A DNA stretch of 55,742 nucleotides, counting the filler, from Catajapyx aquilonaris (Eukaryota): assembly GCA_000934665.2 (NCBI GenBank). It is 3 parts of 3 records of this genome, joined end to end, with 100 filler letters (N's around TTAATTAATTAA, not from the genome) between each part and the next. Parts side by side here need not be neighbours in the genome. Positions count along the whole stretch, not along the records: positions 37,213 to 55,742 come from JYFJ02006669.1; 2 more parts are not named here. The stretch is one strand, 5' to 3'. This document shows positions 52,599 to 55,742 of this stretch, piece by piece. The translations under genes and the position numbers were made by a program. The first letter of the stretch is position 1. Each line of letters begins with the position of its first letter. The notes under the pieces were generated by a model. That model was not told the DNA's origin and made no database searches. It saw only the letters and a list, made by a program, of their open reading frames with translations.

Positions 52599-54104
52599 AT
52601 GGAGCACCCAGAAATAAGCAATCATACTCATTTGGCGACATTTGTGGCCCAACAATACCACTACGCATTCTCCGAAAATGAAGGTATAGAAAAGTGTGCT
52701 TGGAATGACCTGGTATGACCTGGTAGTTAATTATTTTATTTGATGTCCACTTTCCATAGACCCTCGCTTCAAGTCGTTGCCGATGATGGGAAGTGGCTTT
52801 ATTGTTCTTGGAGCCATAGCGGTTTACATTTATTTGGTGTGTTACCTTCTTCCGTGGTTCATGACTGGCAGACAACCTTTCCAGCTCAGAAAAGTCCTAA
52901 TGGTGTATAACATGTGCCAAGTGATTCTGAATGCCTGGATTGTCTATTTGGTCAGTGTCAGTTTGAAATATGCAAGTCTGATACTGATATGACCACAATT
53001 TGAACATATCTTTCCCTTTTTGTAGTGTGTTCAAGGAGGTTGGTTCAATGGATACAGCTTCACGTGCCAGCCTGCAGATTACTCAAGAAGCCCACAAGCT
53101 ATGAAGGCAATATAAAGTGCACTTTTTAAAAATTAATGCTATAGCGCCTCGCACATTACATCATATTATAATAATTATTGCATAAGTTCCGTAATGATAA
53201 AATTATTGAAAACCTTTCCCATACCTCCTGTAGACAGCTCAACAGCGCTTTACTTTTAGATGGTGGACGCAGTTGGGTGGAATTATTTTGCCAAATATTT
53301 GGATTTACTAAGCACGGTAGGTCCGCACATTTCCAAACGCTGAATTCATAAATAAGTTTTTTTACAATGATACAGGTGTTCTTCAATTTACGCAAAAGTT
53401 TTGGACAAGTTTCATTTCTCCACATTTCTCATCATGCAGCAATGCCATTATGGACTTGGTATATGGCGAGATTCGGTGGAGGTAAAGTTCAGATCATTAA
53501 TTTTAAACTAGGTTACTCTATCATTATTTTCCTTCAGAGCACCTTCAAAAAAATGATGGAACAATACGCTAAAATTATATTGTGTTTTCAGTGGGACATT
53601 GGACATTTGCAATTTTACTAAACGCCTTCATTCATGTCGTGATGTACACCTACTACCTACTAGCTGCTGTAGGATACAAGAAACTCTTGTGGTGGAAGCA
53701 GTACTTAACTCTCATCCAGATGGTAACGTAAACATACAATACGAATACTATTCTTGTTCTGTTGTCAAATTATAAGGTTTCGTATTACTAACTTATTCTC
53801 GCAGGTTCAATTTGTCATGGTAGCATTGCATCAGGGGCAAATATTCTTCAATGATTGTCCCAGTTCAAAATTCGCAAAATACTGCGGGACCTTGATGAAC
53901 CCACTGTTATTTCTTCTTTTCTTCAATTTTTACATAAAGGCTTATGTGAAGAAAAGGGCCAAGGTATATTGCAAATGAAGACAATATTATTCTAATGCAT
54001 TGTGTATGTCACTAACTTTGAGTTAATGCCTATTTTTTCAGAATAAGTCGGCAATTGATGTTTTACTTCGGGAAGGAAGAAACATCGCTTGCTTGCAGAC
54101 ATAA
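52599..54104 (+). CDS. Very-long-chain fatty acid elongase, paralog 2
   Basis: Same exon structure as paralog 1; DPRF, LHISHH, NAFIHVVMYTYY, WWKQYLTLIQMVQF; one intron has a GC donor (53107). Confidence 0.9.
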
Positions 54105-55742
54105 TCAGCATTGCACAGATCACACACTTTTGGCAGATGGATTCATATAAACGATAATTATGATCTAATTATTGTCAGTCGTGCAAAATTTCATAGCGTA
54201 CAGAGCAATAAAATATGTGGAAGATGCAATGCTTTCCGGGGCATAACTGTTATTCGTAATTGCTTATACTTCACTGTAATTCCGGGGGGTAGGAATATAT
54301 CCCGGAATAATATAAAAAATATATAAAAATAACATCTGCATCATTCCTCATTTGAATGGTTGAAATGTATCTATACAGTCAGATGATGCAACTAGTGCTG
54401 GAAAACGTTCATCTGGTGGCATAAACATGGGTCGATTTGCATAACTTTCTTATGTCGCATAGGAAAGTCGTGTTGGGAGAGCCCGCTTCTATTTCCCATT
54501 AGAGGCTACGCCTACTACTTCGATGCCAAGGGAAATCTATACGAGAAGGAATATGTCACATGAAAGTTTCTGTTGCTCCCTGCCAGGGTCTAGTTACTCT
54601 AGTGCATAGTCTATTATGATGCCAACAACTGTGTGAGAGAGATTCATGAGTTATTTCTCTTCTGAAGCTGGTGAAGTGGCATGGCAGTGGCAGTTACCTG
54701 GTACTTCCAGGAGAGTTGGGTAGCTATTGTGATTTCATAATTTGTTAAATACATTTCCTTTTCATCAGTACTGAAATAGTTGACTACTAAAAAGAAATGT
54801 ACTGAAAGAATTATACAGCAATATGTACAGCTAAATAGGGCCTACTGAGTTTCTGTCCAACACTTTGTTCCAATTGGAATGTTAGAGAACAATGTATATT
54901 ATTATATATGCGTATCGTTGAACAAGTATATCTGCACCTCTCATCTTAGCCTACGTTTTGGGGCGACAAAAATACTGGCCCCTTAATGGCCTATTATTTC
55001 CAAAAGACACTTCATCATTATTTTACAATCATCCAAAGAGATTCGTTAGACATGCATGCTCAGCCGATGATTGCATTAATTATCAATATAAACAATGAAT
55101 TTATTTCTTAATAATAATTAATAGTTCATTCGTAGATAGCTCATCGTGTGATAATAACGGTTTCATATTAATTTATGAGTTCAACATCACTTTGGTCAGG
55201 ATTGGTGTATCCCTCGAGCTAACTTAGCAAGAAATTAGAAACTCCTGTTACCTCAGAAGTGATATAAGTTTGCTCTACTCTACCTGACAATATGACTGTA
55301 TGGGTTTTAGACTGGAGAGGAATATTAGGCGAGATTTCTACGAAGCGAGGACGTGAAGTTTAAATGAAAAGGTAAATTCTTATGTAGAATAATGTGCATT
55401 TCAAAGGCGGAGAGATTTATGCAAACTTATAGAAGCACAGATTGGGAAGATGTTCCCCACTGACTGCAGATTGAGCTTCAAGATTTGATGTAAAATTTAT
55501 CCCACCAAAAACACTTCTGTAAAAAAGGCCAAGTTCTCCTGACTGCTTGGCCGTAAAAAGTGGTGAGATCTGAAATACGGCCAAGTTCAACGTCGTTGTC
55601 AATTACTGGCATTCTCAACTTCTTCAACCTAAACCACTAACTTTGTTTTTCCAGGTCGACCTTAAGTTTAATCATCAAAACATTTTAATGGAGTTTCTCC
55701 TGATGTCACTTGGCCATTGCTCTTAAAACATTGAAAGAGTTG

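Overview
Eukaryotic, arthropod-like genomic DNA in three ~18.5-kb segments joined by identical artificial spacers (44N-TTAATTAATTAA-44N at 18539-18638 and 37113-37212), so linkage across the spacers cannot be assumed. Segment 1 (1-18538) holds two tandem gustatory-receptor (GR) paralogs on +. Each is followed by a conserved NRF1/CCAAT-like motif block and then by heavily degraded minus-strand remnants of a non-segmented negative-strand RNA virus: three diverged copies, the longest with L-polymerase motifs in the right order, followed by a glycoprotein-like ORF. This segment also has a Helitron helicase fragment and a 2.7-kb fold-back Academ transposon. Segment 2 holds many MITEs, SINEs and Helitrons, a P-like element with a THAP remnant, and a Myb-repeat SNAPC4/SNAP190-like gene. 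Segment 3 holds two DBH-like monooxygenase (MOXD1-like) paralogs, PPIL4 on minus, and two tandem ELOVL elongase paralogs. The most interesting signal is the repeated unit 'GR gene - promoter-like block - antisense endogenous viral element', a candidate antiviral small-RNA (piRNA-type) locus inside a chemoreceptor array.
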